Shown: piece after piece, positions 26,759 to 35,795 of the stretch
Numbering within the stretch: the stretch's first letter is position 1
Layout of the letters: each line of letters starts with the position of its first letter
Source: Patescibacteria group bacterium
GTDB lineage: Bacteria > Patescibacteriota > Minisyncoccia > UBA6257 > 2-01-FULL-56-20
DNA: 43,690 bases
Assembly: GCA_038063755.1 (NCBI GenBank)
Contig: JBBTUL010000005.1
Coordinates: forward strand, 1,358-45,047
Reading direction: 5' to 3'
Program-made: the position numbers and the translations under genes
The notes under the pieces: generated by a model
The model's database searches: none
Told to the model about the DNA's origin: nothing
What the model saw: only the letters and a program-made list of their open reading frames with translations

Positions 26759-27513
26759 CCGACTATGTGAATATGATGGCTAGTCCAGTACGTGGTCTTC
26801 TCTCCTCCGCAGCTTAGATACTCGTTTTTAACCGTCGCGCCGCAAGCTTGGGCTGCCTGTATCGCTCTTTTTACCGCGCCACAGTCAACCGTGCTCCCGC
26901 TTTGAAGCGCTATATCCACACAGCAGCCATTGTTGTGACACGCTGACTGGTGAAGAACCGAAGGCGGCATTCCTTCGGTTACCCAAAAACCTGAAGTTCC
27001 CCCGCTTTTTGCCATGCACTCTAGCTTTTCGACCATCGGAGCGGCGGCCTCACATCCGTTCTTGCACGAAAGACTTGTGATAGCCGCACATGTTCCTTGG
27101 CAACCAGTCCCTGAAAGAAATGGGCCCGTCGGAGGTGGCGGCACATTCAACCTCTCAATCACCGGCAGCTTGAGGGTAACCAGTTCAGGATTAATGGTAC
27201 GAAGGATGATATAGGCTCCCATAAGAAGCAGGAGCCCCAAGAGAGCCTGGGTAATGGCATCTTTTGCATCGGATTGAGACGAGGGATTCCCTCGGGATGC
27301 TGCGTATCTGATACCGGCATAGAGAATCATGATAAAGGCAAGAAGACCTCCCAAGGCAAGGGCGAAGTTATAGAAATCAAGAATAAAAGCTGCAGGACCG
27401 ACTCTTCCTGAGATACCCGGGAAGGTGGGGTTTACGGGGGGGGCGGAAGCCGCAATGACGGTGTTTGAAAGAAACATGATTACGCCTCCAAAAAAATATA
27501 TCGTTTTCTTCAT
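26752..27513 (-). CDS. Pilin-like protein fused to a Cys-rich M15/Hedgehog-type peptidase-like domain
   Basis: AGIRYAASRGNPSSQSDAKDAI...ILRTINPEL pilin part, then SACHNNGCCVDI (H-x6-D) and a terminal HIH. Confidence 0.72.
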   Translation of the reverse strand: MKKTIYFFGGVIMFLSNTVIAASAPPVNPTFPGISGRVGPAAFILDFYNFALALGGLLAFIMILYAGIRYAASRGNPSSQSDAKDAITQALLGLLLLMGAYIILRTINPELVTLKLPVIERLNVPPPPTGPFLSGTGCQGTCAAITSLSCKNGCEAAAPMVEKLECMAKSGGTSGFWVTEGMPPSVLHQSACHNNGCCVDIALQSGSTVDCGAVKRAIQAAQACGATVKNEYLSCGGEKTTYWTSHHIHIVGC

Positions 27514-27553
27514 TTCTATGGCCCAAAATCTGTCGCAAAAACCGCTCTTAATA

Positions 27554-28090
27554 TTACCGGTTTCCGGTTGCCCCACCTCCGCCAAAGCTACCGCCCGCTG
27601 GCTTGAAGTTCGGATCGGCTCCTCCGGGAACAAACGGAGAATCATAATCGCCAGGAGCAAACACTTTACATTCAATGTTTGGCCATCCGACCTTCGCACC
27701 ACCTTCCGCTTCGCCGTTTCCAAATATCCAAAGCGCGGTCCCGATAATCGCGAACCCGCATACAGAAATAAGAATTCCAATAATCGTGCTTGTTAGCGCG
27801 GACTTCGCTTTGCTTCGAAGATCCGGTGAGGCGCCGGAGACGAGGTACATCACTCCGCTTACCACGACCATGATCGGCGCGATCGCGTAAAGCACAAGGG
27901 TCAGTATAAACGCCAGTATGTGCTGTACCGTGTGTAGAATGTCGCAAAAGTTCGTGCATCCAAGTCCGGTACACGAAACAAGCGGACCCCAATACGGCGC
28001 CCCGGGAGTAATTTCGTGCGCGAAGACCGGCGCAGCAATAAGAAAAAAGAGGAGGACCGCTCCGCCGTACAGGATGATGTTTTTTTTCAT
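27554..28090 (-). CDS. Pilin-like protein with Gly-rich C-terminal tail
   Basis: LVSC...CTNFCDI, GVMYLVSGASPDLRSKAKSAL and GGSFGGGGATG. Confidence 0.75.
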   Translation of the reverse strand: MKKNIILYGGAVLLFFLIAAPVFAHEITPGAPYWGPLVSCTGLGCTNFCDILHTVQHILAFILTLVLYAIAPIMVVVSGVMYLVSGASPDLRSKAKSALTSTIIGILISVCGFAIIGTALWIFGNGEAEGGAKVGWPNIECKVFAPGDYDSPFVPGGADPNFKPAGGSFGGGGATGNR

Positions 28091-29355
28091 TTTCCTAGCA
28101 ATTGTGTCGTTTGATCTTCCGCTTGGCGTAATGCTGTTTCGCTTCCGAGTTTTCCGGTAAGCACATTCTTCACCGCATCATTTAAGATCGTTTTCATTTT
28201 ACCATCGTCGGGCACCTGCCACGAACGAGCGATCAGGGCTTGTCGCGCGAAGACCCCAAGAGACGCGTCGTTTTGCGCTTTTGCGATGGCCTCACGGAAC
28301 CCCGGAGGTCGCTTCGTAGTATCAAGATACGCCGCGGAGCCTTTCGCGTTTGCCGCAGCAAACATCATAAAATCCCAAGCCCACTGCGGATTCTTTCCCT
28401 GTTTTAGGGCGGCAAGTCCGGAATACGAAGCGTGGGCGATCGGACGATTCATGTCGACTTGCGGCATTGCCGCAACGCCGAAGGATAAAAATGGACTTCT
28501 CCCCTTTATCTCGGCGATATTGCCGTGATATCCGAATGCCATCGCGGACTTTCCGGAAGCAAACGACTCGATTGATTCTTCCTCCGCGTCGTTCCAAGTA
28601 TAAAGTGGTGACCCCGCATTCGAAAATTGAAGATAGAACTGGAATGCTTGGATTCCTTTCTCTTCGCGGGCAAACACGGCTCGCCCCGCGGAGGCATCGG
28701 TCATCCGGCCTCCGTTTTGCATAATCAAAAGCTCGAGAAGATCAGCCGCATATCGGACAGACTGCTCCGATCCTCCGATTGCCGCACCCGCGCGCGAATC
28801 TCGTCTTAACTTCAAAACTAACTCCTGGAACTCACCCCACGTCGTCGGGGGAGCGGTTATTCCGGCTTGATCAAAAGCGTCTTTGTTGTAAAAAAGCGCG
28901 AGCGTGTCAATAAAAAGCGGAACTGCGTACGCGTTCCCGCCGCGCACAAAATCCTGTTCGGCAACGGTTGGAAATGCCGCTTGGAATTGTGCAAGAGAGA
29001 ATTGGTTCGTGTTCGCAGGAGCAAGAAGCGTGAAAAGTGAATCTACGTCCCGACTTCCGATCGTAACCATATCGGGTCCCTTCCCTTCAGCGAGCGCGGT
29101 AAGAAGCTTTTCGTTCAGATCACCCGTTGGGAGCTCGGTATAGGTTATTTCTACATTCGGCCGAAATTGCTTATACGCGCCGAGGAGTCCCTCGAAATCT
29201 TTTTTGGACTCTGCACCCCAAAAAGCAAGCTTGATTTGTCCCGCGCTACCGCCTGGCTTTGATCCAATTCGTAATAGAACAAAAAAACCAACCACAACCA
29301 CAACGAGAACCCCAACAATGGCTATTTGTCGCTTTGACAGTGCGATAGGAAGCAT
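28087..29355 (-). CDS. Extracellular solute-binding protein (sugar-type, family 1)
   Basis: LAEGKGPD, YAVPLFIDTLALFYNKD, PPTTWGEF and FASGKSAM. Confidence 0.88.
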   Translation of the reverse strand: MLPIALSKRQIAIVGVLVVVVVGFFVLLRIGSKPGGSAGQIKLAFWGAESKKDFEGLLGAYKQFRPNVEITYTELPTGDLNEKLLTALAEGKGPDMVTIGSRDVDSLFTLLAPANTNQFSLAQFQAAFPTVAEQDFVRGGNAYAVPLFIDTLALFYNKDAFDQAGITAPPTTWGEFQELVLKLRRDSRAGAAIGGSEQSVRYAADLLELLIMQNGGRMTDASAGRAVFAREEKGIQAFQFYLQFSNAGSPLYTWNDAEEESIESFASGKSAMAFGYHGNIAEIKGRSPFLSFGVAAMPQVDMNRPIAHASYSGLAALKQGKNPQWAWDFMMFAAANAKGSAAYLDTTKRPPGFREAIAKAQNDASLGVFARQALIARSWQVPDDGKMKTILNDAVKNVLTGKLGSETALRQAEDQTTQLLGK

Positions 29356-29359
29356 ATTC

Positions 29360-31792
29360 TTAGATTACCACGATCGCCGCAAGGCGGTCTCCATTCTTCA
29401 CGTTCATAATGCGCACCCCCTGCGCCGAACGCCCCGTTTTTCTTACCGAATCAAGCGGGACACGGATAATTTGCCCTTTTGCAGATAATGCGAAAATTTC
29501 TGTTTGATCAACGATCACCTGCGCATTAATAAGAAGTCCGGTCTTGCTCGTAATATTGGCCGTTCGCACTCCCGACCCGCCGCGATTCTGAAGCTTGTAC
29601 TCCTTAAGAGGCGTCCGCTTTCCGAACCCATTTTCCATTACAACTAAAAGCTCTGCCGCTTTGTTCTCTGTTTTTGCGCTCTCAAGAAGCAGTCCGCATC
29701 CGGCAATACGATCCCCTTGTTTCAACTTCATACCGCGAATTCCGGCAGCGGTTCTTCCCATCGAACGAATCTGCGATTCTTTGAATCGAATTGATTGTCC
29801 CTTTTCTGTCGTTAGAACCACTTCGTCTTTCCCGCCGGAAAGACGAACCCAGCCCAAAAGATCCCCCTTCTTTAGATTGATTGCGATGATGCCCGTTCGT
29901 CTGATGTTGCCAAAGCCTTCGATGGGAGTTTTTTTCATAATCCCATCTTTCGTTATCATGAGAAGATAGCTTCCTTTCACGACCTTCGGATTATAGGCGA
30001 CAATAGCGCTTACGTTTTCTCCGGAGGAAAGTTCAAGAAAGTTGTGTATCGCCTTTCCCTTCGCGGTACGCGACGCAACAGGAATTTCGTATACCTTCGT
30101 CTGAAACGCCCGTCCACGATCGGTAAAAAACAAGATGTCGTCGTGCGTGCTTACGCTCGTAAACTGCGTCAAGAAATCCTCCTCGCCGACATCCGATCCA
30201 ATAAGGCCTTTTCCTCCTCTGTTTTGGCTCACGAAGGTGTCGGGCGAAATGCGTTTCACGTATCCTCCGTGAGAGAGCGTGATCATCGCCTCTTCCTGCG
30301 GAATAAGATCTTCATCCTTGAATGCCGTAATTCCAGTTTTCACCACCTGTGTGCGCCTCGCGTCGCCATACTGCCTAATAAGCTCCGCAACCTCGTCCGC
30401 TATAATTTTCAAAATTCTTGCGGAACCCTTTAGGATGAGCTGGAGTTCTTTGATAAGCGTCCTTTTCTCCTTGAGCTCATCTTCGATCTTTTTATGCTCA
30501 AGAGCCGCGAGCGTATGCAGCTTCATTTCAAGAATTGCTCCGGCCTGAATTTCGGAAAACTTGAATGTCTTTTTCAGATTCTCCTTTGCGTTCTCTTTGT
30601 CTTTTGATTTCTTAATAATTGAAATTACCTTGTCGATAACATCAAGCGCCTTCGCGAGCCCTTCGAGGATATGCGCTCTTTCTTCCGCCTTCTTCAGATC
30701 GAACTCTGTCCTCCTGCGAACCACTATCTTCCGGTACGCGAGATATTCCGAAAGTATCTCGCGAAGCGAAAGTATTCTCGGCTCAATGCCGTTTACGAGC
30801 GCGATCATGTTCGCGTGGAAGTCTTTCTGGAGATTCGTGTGCTTGAAAAGATGATTTAAAATCCTTTGCGGAGGAACGTCGTTCTTGAGCTCGATAACCA
30901 CGCGCAACCCTTCTCGATCCGATTCGTCCCGAAGATCACGTATGCCTTCAACCTTCTTCTCTTGCACCAAATCGGCGATTTGGCGAATAAGTTCGCTTTT
31001 GTCGACCTGGTATGGGATCTCGGTGATAATAATGTCAAAATACCCCTTCTTTCGTTCGGTTATTTCCGTTTTCGCGCGAACGGTTATCGAGCCTTTTCCG
31101 GAAACATAAAGATCCCGAATCGCCCTTTCATCAAAAATAACTCCGCCGGTTGGAAAGTCGGGACCCTTCACGAACTCCAAAAGATCTTCGCTTGTCGCAT
31201 CCATATTTTTCGCAAGATGCAAAATAGCATTCCCGATCTCGGTAAGATTGTGCGGTGGAATGCTCGTTGCCATGCCAACCGCGATACCGAGCGTTCCGTT
31301 CAAGAGCATGTTTGGAAGTCTTGCGGGTAGTATGCGCGGTTCATCTCGAGTGGCATCGTAATTTTTCTCCCACTCAACAGTCTCCTTCTCGATGTCCGAA
31401 AGGAGCTCTGCGGAAATCTTCGAGAGCTTGGTCTCGGTATATCGCATCGCCGCAGCATTGTCTCCGTCGATTGAGCCCCAGTTCCCCTGACCTAAAACGA
31501 GCGGATACCGCAAGGAAAAGTCCTGCACGAGCCGGACCATAGTGTCGTAAATCGCCGAATCGCCATGCGGGTGATATTTACCCATAACCTCTCCCACAAC
31601 ATTCGCGGACTTTTTGAATTTTGCGTCATGCGAAAGGCCGCTGTCCCACATCGCCCACAGGATTCTTCTCTGTACCGGTTTTAGCCCATCGCGCACATCC
31701 GGAAGCGCGCGGCTTACAATAACCGACATCGCATAGTCGAGATATGAATCTTTGAGCTCTTTTGTAATTTCTCTTTTTTCGATACTTCCCAT
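29360..31792 (-). CDS. gyrA: DNA gyrase subunit A
   Basis: [30 protein letters not shown] and the GyrA-box QNRGGKG. Confidence 0.98.
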   Translation of the reverse strand: MGSIEKREITKELKDSYLDYAMSVIVSRALPDVRDGLKPVQRRILWAMWDSGLSHDAKFKKSANVVGEVMGKYHPHGDSAIYDTMVRLVQDFSLRYPLVLGQGNWGSIDGDNAAAMRYTETKLSKISAELLSDIEKETVEWEKNYDATRDEPRILPARLPNMLLNGTLGIAVGMATSIPPHNLTEIGNAILHLAKNMDATSEDLLEFVKGPDFPTGGVIFDERAIRDLYVSGKGSITVRAKTEITERKKGYFDIIITEIPYQVDKSELIRQIADLVQEKKVEGIRDLRDESDREGLRVVIELKNDVPPQRILNHLFKHTNLQKDFHANMIALVNGIEPRILSLREILSEYLAYRKIVVRRRTEFDLKKAEERAHILEGLAKALDVIDKVISIIKKSKDKENAKENLKKTFKFSEIQAGAILEMKLHTLAALEHKKIEDELKEKRTLIKELQLILKGSARILKIIADEVAELIRQYGDARRTQVVKTGITAFKDEDLIPQEEAMITLSHGGYVKRISPDTFVSQNRGGKGLIGSDVGEEDFLTQFTSVSTHDDILFFTDRGRAFQTKVYEIPVASRTAKGKAIHNFLELSSGENVSAIVAYNPKVVKGSYLLMITKDGIMKKTPIEGFGNIRRTGIIAINLKKGDLLGWVRLSGGKDEVVLTTEKGQSIRFKESQIRSMGRTAAGIRGMKLKQGDRIAGCGLLLESAKTENKAAELLVVMENGFGKRTPLKEYKLQNRGGSGVRTANITSKTGLLINAQVIVDQTEIFALSAKGQIIRVPLDSVRKTGRSAQGVRIMNVKNGDRLAAIVVI

Positions 31793-31810
31793 GGTTAAGA
31801 TTGTTTCGAG

Positions 31811-32065
31811 TTATTTTACCAAAAAATCGCCTACCCTTCTCGCTGTGGCAGAAACCCACCCTCCGACCACGCTCGTTTTTTCTCGAACTCCAAGAGATAT
31901 CGCCGAAGGCTTTTTTTCCTCAAGGGAAAAAATGGTTGAAAAAAACACGACCCATATTGCAACAACAACCGCGCCGCAGACAAGGACGGCCGAAACAAAC
32001 CATTTCCGCCGCACCTCCTCGGACGCGGCATCAATCCTCTCTTCGATTTTTTCGCTAATCCTCAT
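31811..32065 (-). CDS. Small hypothetical membrane protein
   Basis: 84 aa, one TM; overlaps the upstream stop codon, directly upstream of gyrA. Confidence 0.65.
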   Translation of the reverse strand: MRISEKIEERIDAASEEVRRKWFVSAVLVCGAVVVAIWVVFFSTIFSLEEKKPSAISLGVREKTSVVGGWVSATARRVGDFLVK

Positions 32066-32634
32066 TTTTCGCTTTTCGCCTCAAGCGCAACGACTTTATT
32101 TTCCACCCCCTCAAGGTCTTTTTTCTTGAAAACGAATTTTTCTTCAAAATCTGTCTTGTGTCCGAACTCTTTGAAGAATTCATTCAGGTTTTTATAGAAG
32201 CTCGGAAGAACAATCGCCGGCTCCATCTGTTTCATGAGCTTTGATGCGTCTTTTGCCGAAAGGAATGGACCACCGCCCACCGGAACGACGACGACATCCG
32301 GATCATCAAGCTGCTCCAAAATCTTGGTGTCAGGAATCTCGGAGGCGTGCCCCAGAAGCAGAATTTTCACCCCCTCAAACTGAACGAGATAGATCGTTTT
32401 TAAAAACTTTGCGGTTGATTCTTTTGAAAGAGAAACGCCCTTGATTTCTATGCCCTTTGTTTCGTACTCTCCAGGAAAGATGATTTCGTCTTCTTTTGGG
32501 GAAAGCTCGCCAGGAGGGGCGAGTGTTTTCAAATACACATCCGCCTTGAGGCGGTTGTTCTGGGAGTCAACGAGAAATGAGGTTTCTCCGCTCTGGAAGC
32601 GATAGCTTCCATCGCCGAAATACGTAATAACCAT
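32062..32634 (-). CDS. MBL-fold metallo-hydrolase-like protein, metal site degenerate
   Basis: MVITYFG, PGEYETKG, DVVVVPVGG and MEPAIVLP; no HxHxDH motif. Confidence 0.7.
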   Translation of the reverse strand: MVITYFGDGSYRFQSGETSFLVDSQNNRLKADVYLKTLAPPGELSPKEDEIIFPGEYETKGIEIKGVSLSKESTAKFLKTIYLVQFEGVKILLLGHASEIPDTKILEQLDDPDVVVVPVGGGPFLSAKDASKLMKQMEPAIVLPSFYKNLNEFFKEFGHKTDFEEKFVFKKKDLEGVENKVVALEAKSEK

Positions 32635-32757
32635 GCGGGTATATCGTATCAGATATTTACGATAATTTCCAGTGTTTTTTGTGAAAATTGGTGAAATTAT
32701 GCCTTCGGGTAGCGATCGTTTTGTGATGAATGTCGTCACTGTCCCAAAAAACCGACT

Positions 32758-33159
32758 AAAAAAATCCCGGGGGGTTAGCCTGGGGATGATGATGCGGCCG
32801 ACTCAGGACATCTTGATCGCGACGCCGGCCGGAGCGTCGCCAATCGCCTTCTCCTTGATGCCGCTGCGGTAGTTGACGGTGCCCCTGAACTTGCAGAACT
32901 TCACGCCGTCCGCGCAAACTCCGCCGTCGCTGAAGCCCATCTTCTTCATGATGTCACTCCTCTCTTTCTGCTCCGACTTCGAGTCGGAGCGGTGTGCGCC
33001 CTTGGGCACGATTTCTTTTTGCCGCCCTGGGGGCGACCACCTTCAGGTCCTGCCCTGCTGGACTTTTCCATTATAGCGGGTCGGAAACTCCTGTCTACTA
33101 ATAATAATCACTGGCACCAGTTCTATAAATAGAAAAATCCCAGGGGTTAGCCTGGGTAA
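32758..33159 (-). repeat. Two near-identical terminator hairpins (32758-32788 and 33133-33159)
   Basis: AAAAATCCC(GG/A)GGGGTTAGCCTGGG occurs twice, each just after a small ORF. Confidence 0.75.
32803..32949 (-). CDS. Small protein, 48 aa (MKKMGFSDGGVCADGVKFCKF...)
   Basis: GAGGAG SD, TAGACA-16-TATAAT promoter at 33070-33097, strong GC3 bias, own terminator. Confidence 0.6.
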   Translation of the reverse strand: MKKMGFSDGGVCADGVKFCKFRGTVNYRSGIKEKAIGDAPAGVAIKMS

Positions 33160-33166
33160 TACATTT

Positions 33167-33313
33167 TTACTTCTTTGGATTCTGCGTCTTCTTCACGTTC
33201 ACGATGGCGCCAAGGATATTTCCGGCAACCAACTGCCTCACCGCAGCAGTCAAGGCTTCTGCGTCATTAATAGTTATGACCGGTATTTCGATCGCTTTTC
33301 GTCGAAGCTGCAT
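33167..33313 (-). CDS. Small protein, 48 aa (MQLRRKAIEIPVITINDAEALTAAVRQLVAGNILGAIVNVKKTQNPKK)
   Basis: Below the ORF-track length cutoff; GGGGTGGAG before the ATG, TATAGT upstream, own terminator. Confidence 0.55.
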   Translation of the reverse strand: MQLRRKAIEIPVITINDAEALTAAVRQLVAGNILGAIVNVKKTQNPKK

Positions 33314-33399
33314 GACTCCACCCCGAAAGCCAAGATTCTCTCAGGAGACTATACCGTGCTTGCATATTTTGCAAGCTTTTGTGTATAATCCACCCAACT

Positions 33400-34503
33400 A
33401 TGACACACGAACCGCAGGCCATAAAAACACTGACCCCGTTCGCGCAAGCGCTCAAAGACGAACTCGCAACCATCAACAAGCTCCGTGAGGGAGAGGTGGT
33501 GCAGGCCACGCTCATAAAGAAAACTCCTCGTGGAGCATATTTTTCAATCGGAAGATTCGGCACGGGAATCGTTTTCGGTTCCGAGCTGCAGGGAGCTCGT
33601 GAAGCGCTTAAGGGATTGAATGCCGGTGATCAGGTCGCCGCGAAGGTAGGCCAAGTTGAGGGGTATATGGGATATACCGAACTTTCACTTACCGAAGCAG
33701 GAAAACAAAAAGCGTGGCAAGAGGTGAAGGTGCTCGAAGAAAACGGGGAGATCACCGCGGTTAAGGTTGTCGGCGTAAACCAAGGAGGACTTTTGGTTGA
33801 TTTCTCTGGGCTTAAAGGATTTCTGCCTGTTTCGCAGCTTTCTCCAGAGCACACACCGAACATTCCGGACGGAGACAGGATGCGCATGCTTGAGGAAATG
33901 AAAAAGTTTATCGGGCAGGAATTAAGCGTGAAGGTGATTATGACGAACGCGCGAAACAACAAGCTCATCGTCTCTGAGCGCGACAATGCGGCAAGCGGCT
34001 CAACCGCGAAGGAAATTCTGGACCGCTACTCGATAGGCCAAGTCGTCCCCGGCGTCGTCTCGGGCATTGCCGACTTTGGCATATTCGTCCGTTTTATTGA
34101 CAACCCGGAAATCGAAGGACTTGTGCACATTTCTGAAATCGATCACCGCATCATTGACAGCCCCAAAGAGGTCTTGAAGCTCAACGAAAACGTACAGGTA
34201 AAAATCATCGACATAAAAGAGGGACGTGTATTTCTCTCTCTTAAGGCGCTCAAGCCCGACCCGTGGTTTTCGGCAGGAGAGAAATACAAGGAAGGCGAAC
34301 ATATTCGCGGAAAGGTATATAAATTCAATCCGTTCGGCGCGATTATCGACCTCGACGGAGGGCTTCAGGGTCTTATTCATGTATCTGAATACGGCGGCAT
34401 CGACGAAATGAAAAAGGTACTCGTCGTGGGAGAGCCTTGCGAGTTTATAATCGGATCGGTGAAGCAAGAAGAAAAAAGAATCGTTCTGAAGACAAAGAAA
34501 TAA
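33400..34503 (+). CDS. rpsA: 30S ribosomal protein S1 (short, four S1 repeats)
   Basis: S1 repeats with GFLPVSQL, EGLVHISEI and QGLIHVSE. Confidence 0.88.
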   Translation: MTHEPQAIKTLTPFAQALKDELATINKLREGEVVQATLIKKTPRGAYFSIGRFGTGIVFGSELQGAREALKGLNAGDQVAAKVGQVEGYMGYTELSLTEAGKQKAWQEVKVLEENGEITAVKVVGVNQGGLLVDFSGLKGFLPVSQLSPEHTPNIPDGDRMRMLEEMKKFIGQELSVKVIMTNARNNKLIVSERDNAASGSTAKEILDRYSIGQVVPGVVSGIADFGIFVRFIDNPEIEGLVHISEIDHRIIDSPKEVLKLNENVQVKIIDIKEGRVFLSLKALKPDPWFSAGEKYKEGEHIRGKVYKFNPFGAIIDLDGGLQGLIHVSEYGGIDEMKKVLVVGEPCEFIIGSVKQEEKRIVLKTKK

Positions 34504-34531
34504 AAAAATGCCCCGAAAGGGGCATTTTTTT
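34504..34531 (+). terminator. Bidirectional-type intrinsic terminator after rpsA
   Basis: AAAAATGCCCC-GAAA-GGGGCATTTTTTT. Confidence 0.85.
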
Positions 34532-34590
34532 GTTGCTTTTCGCTCACCGCTCTGTTATGTTGTAAAAAGGATTTTTGGAAGGAGTGTCGA

Positions 34591-34983
34591 ATGAGCAGAA
34601 AAGAGAAAGATATCCTTCTTCCCCTTGCAGAATCGGCGCGTGTCCTGGCTAAGCAGAACCGCGCGGCTCGGCGAGAAGTCGAGCGAGAAAAAGCCGTAAA
34701 GAAGCTTGAGATTCTTCAGGCGGTGAAAGAAGAGTTTCGGCGGGCAATTGACGTTGCGGTTACTCACGGAGAGTACGTGGCTGAACTGGCGTTTCTCTTA
34801 AGAGAAGATCACTCCGGAAAGTGGGACACTTTCACTGCCTGGGCGTTCGATCGGGCGGCTGAGTGGGTCCGTGAAAAGGGATACCTTCTGGATCACAAAG
34901 TGGTCCGATCGTACCAGATGAACATCCCTGGCAGCCTGATCGGATCTGGAGGGTTTCTCCATATCTGGCGTGTTAAGCTCTGA
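34591..34983 (+). CDS. Hypothetical protein (orphan family B)
   Basis: AAGGAG SD, TTGCTT-17-TATGTT promoter, terminator at ~34995-35023. Confidence 0.75.
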   Translation: MSRKEKDILLPLAESARVLAKQNRAARREVEREKAVKKLEILQAVKEEFRRAIDVAVTHGEYVAELAFLLREDHSGKWDTFTAWAFDRAAEWVREKGYLLDHKVVRSYQMNIPGSLIGSGGFLHIWRVKL

Positions 34984-35089
34984 AATTAGTTATTTCCTCG
35001 ATCAAGTTCGGTCGAGGATTTTTATTTTTGATTTGCATAGAAAAGCGATCCTGTGATATCCTGCCGAAAGAATCTTGAACAATGGAGAG

Positions 35090-35476
35090 ATGATGCGCAA
35101 CCTTGCGATTCTTTCTGCGAAAAAAGCCCTTGAATTGTCGCTTCTTGCAAAGAAAGAGCGGCTTGATCGGAAAGCCATTGAGCGAAGGGCTATGGCAAGG
35201 CAGGTCCGCGAAGAAAATATCGCGGCTCTTCTGCGCTTCTTGAGGCAAATCCAAGATGCCGCAATGAGAGAAAAGACGTGTGCGCGTGTTTTTCTGACAG
35301 TAATAAAAACCTCGACCAGGAAAAACCGGATGGAGGCAATTCGGCCATATGTTCTTGCTGCCAATAAACTACGGAAGAGGGGCTATAAGGTGCGGCATAC
35401 GTTGGAAATCCCGAAGCCGGACCCTGATCCTCGCCAGATCCCAAACGAGTGGCACACTTGGGACGTCTCTTGGTAA
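35090..35476 (+). CDS. Hypothetical protein (orphan family B)
   Basis: GGAG SD, promoter-like TTGCAT...TATCCT, terminator CCAGCGC-AAA-GCGCTGG-T6. Confidence 0.72.
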   Translation: MMRNLAILSAKKALELSLLAKKERLDRKAIERRAMARQVREENIAALLRFLRQIQDAAMREKTCARVFLTVIKTSTRKNRMEAIRPYVLAANKLRKRGYKVRHTLEIPKPDPDPRQIPNEWHTWDVSW

Positions 35477-35563
35477 CATCCAGCGCAAAGCGCTGGTTTT
35501 TTATTTCCCGCTCCTTGCGATTCACCCGCGCGGAAAACTAGATGCTTGTCCGAACAAGAATGA

Positions 35564-35623
35564 CCCGACGTAGGTCGGGGCATAACAAAATCTAAACTCG
35601 CAGCTCGTTAAGATTTTCTAATG
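35564..35623 (-). repeat. tRNA-trailer two-hairpin element (copy 1)
   Basis: CATTAGAAAATCTTAACGAGCTGCGAGTTTAGATTTTGTTATGCCCCGACCTACGTCGGG, homologous to the two units in 42008-42132. Confidence 0.7.
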
Positions 35624-35695
35624 TGCCGCGGGGGTGAATCGAACACCCGACGCCATCCTCTTCAGGGATGCGCTCTGCCACTGAGCTACCGCGGC
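35624..35695 (-). tRNA. tRNA-Phe(GAA)
   Basis: GCCGCGG acceptor stem, CATCC-CTGAAGA-GGATG anticodon arm, TTCGATT T-loop. Confidence 0.95.
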
Positions 35696-35795
35696 ACGTC
35701 AAACAGGAACGCTGGCATTTTATCTTATCTTTCCGAACGAAACAAGGATCGGAAATATGCCGAATCAAAAATCCCTCCCGAAGGAGGGATGTATA

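Noticed and set aside
24688-28090. Conjugative element / ICE
   Set aside because: No relaxase, coupling protein, VirB4 or element boundaries; the pilins are embedded in a housekeeping gene run.
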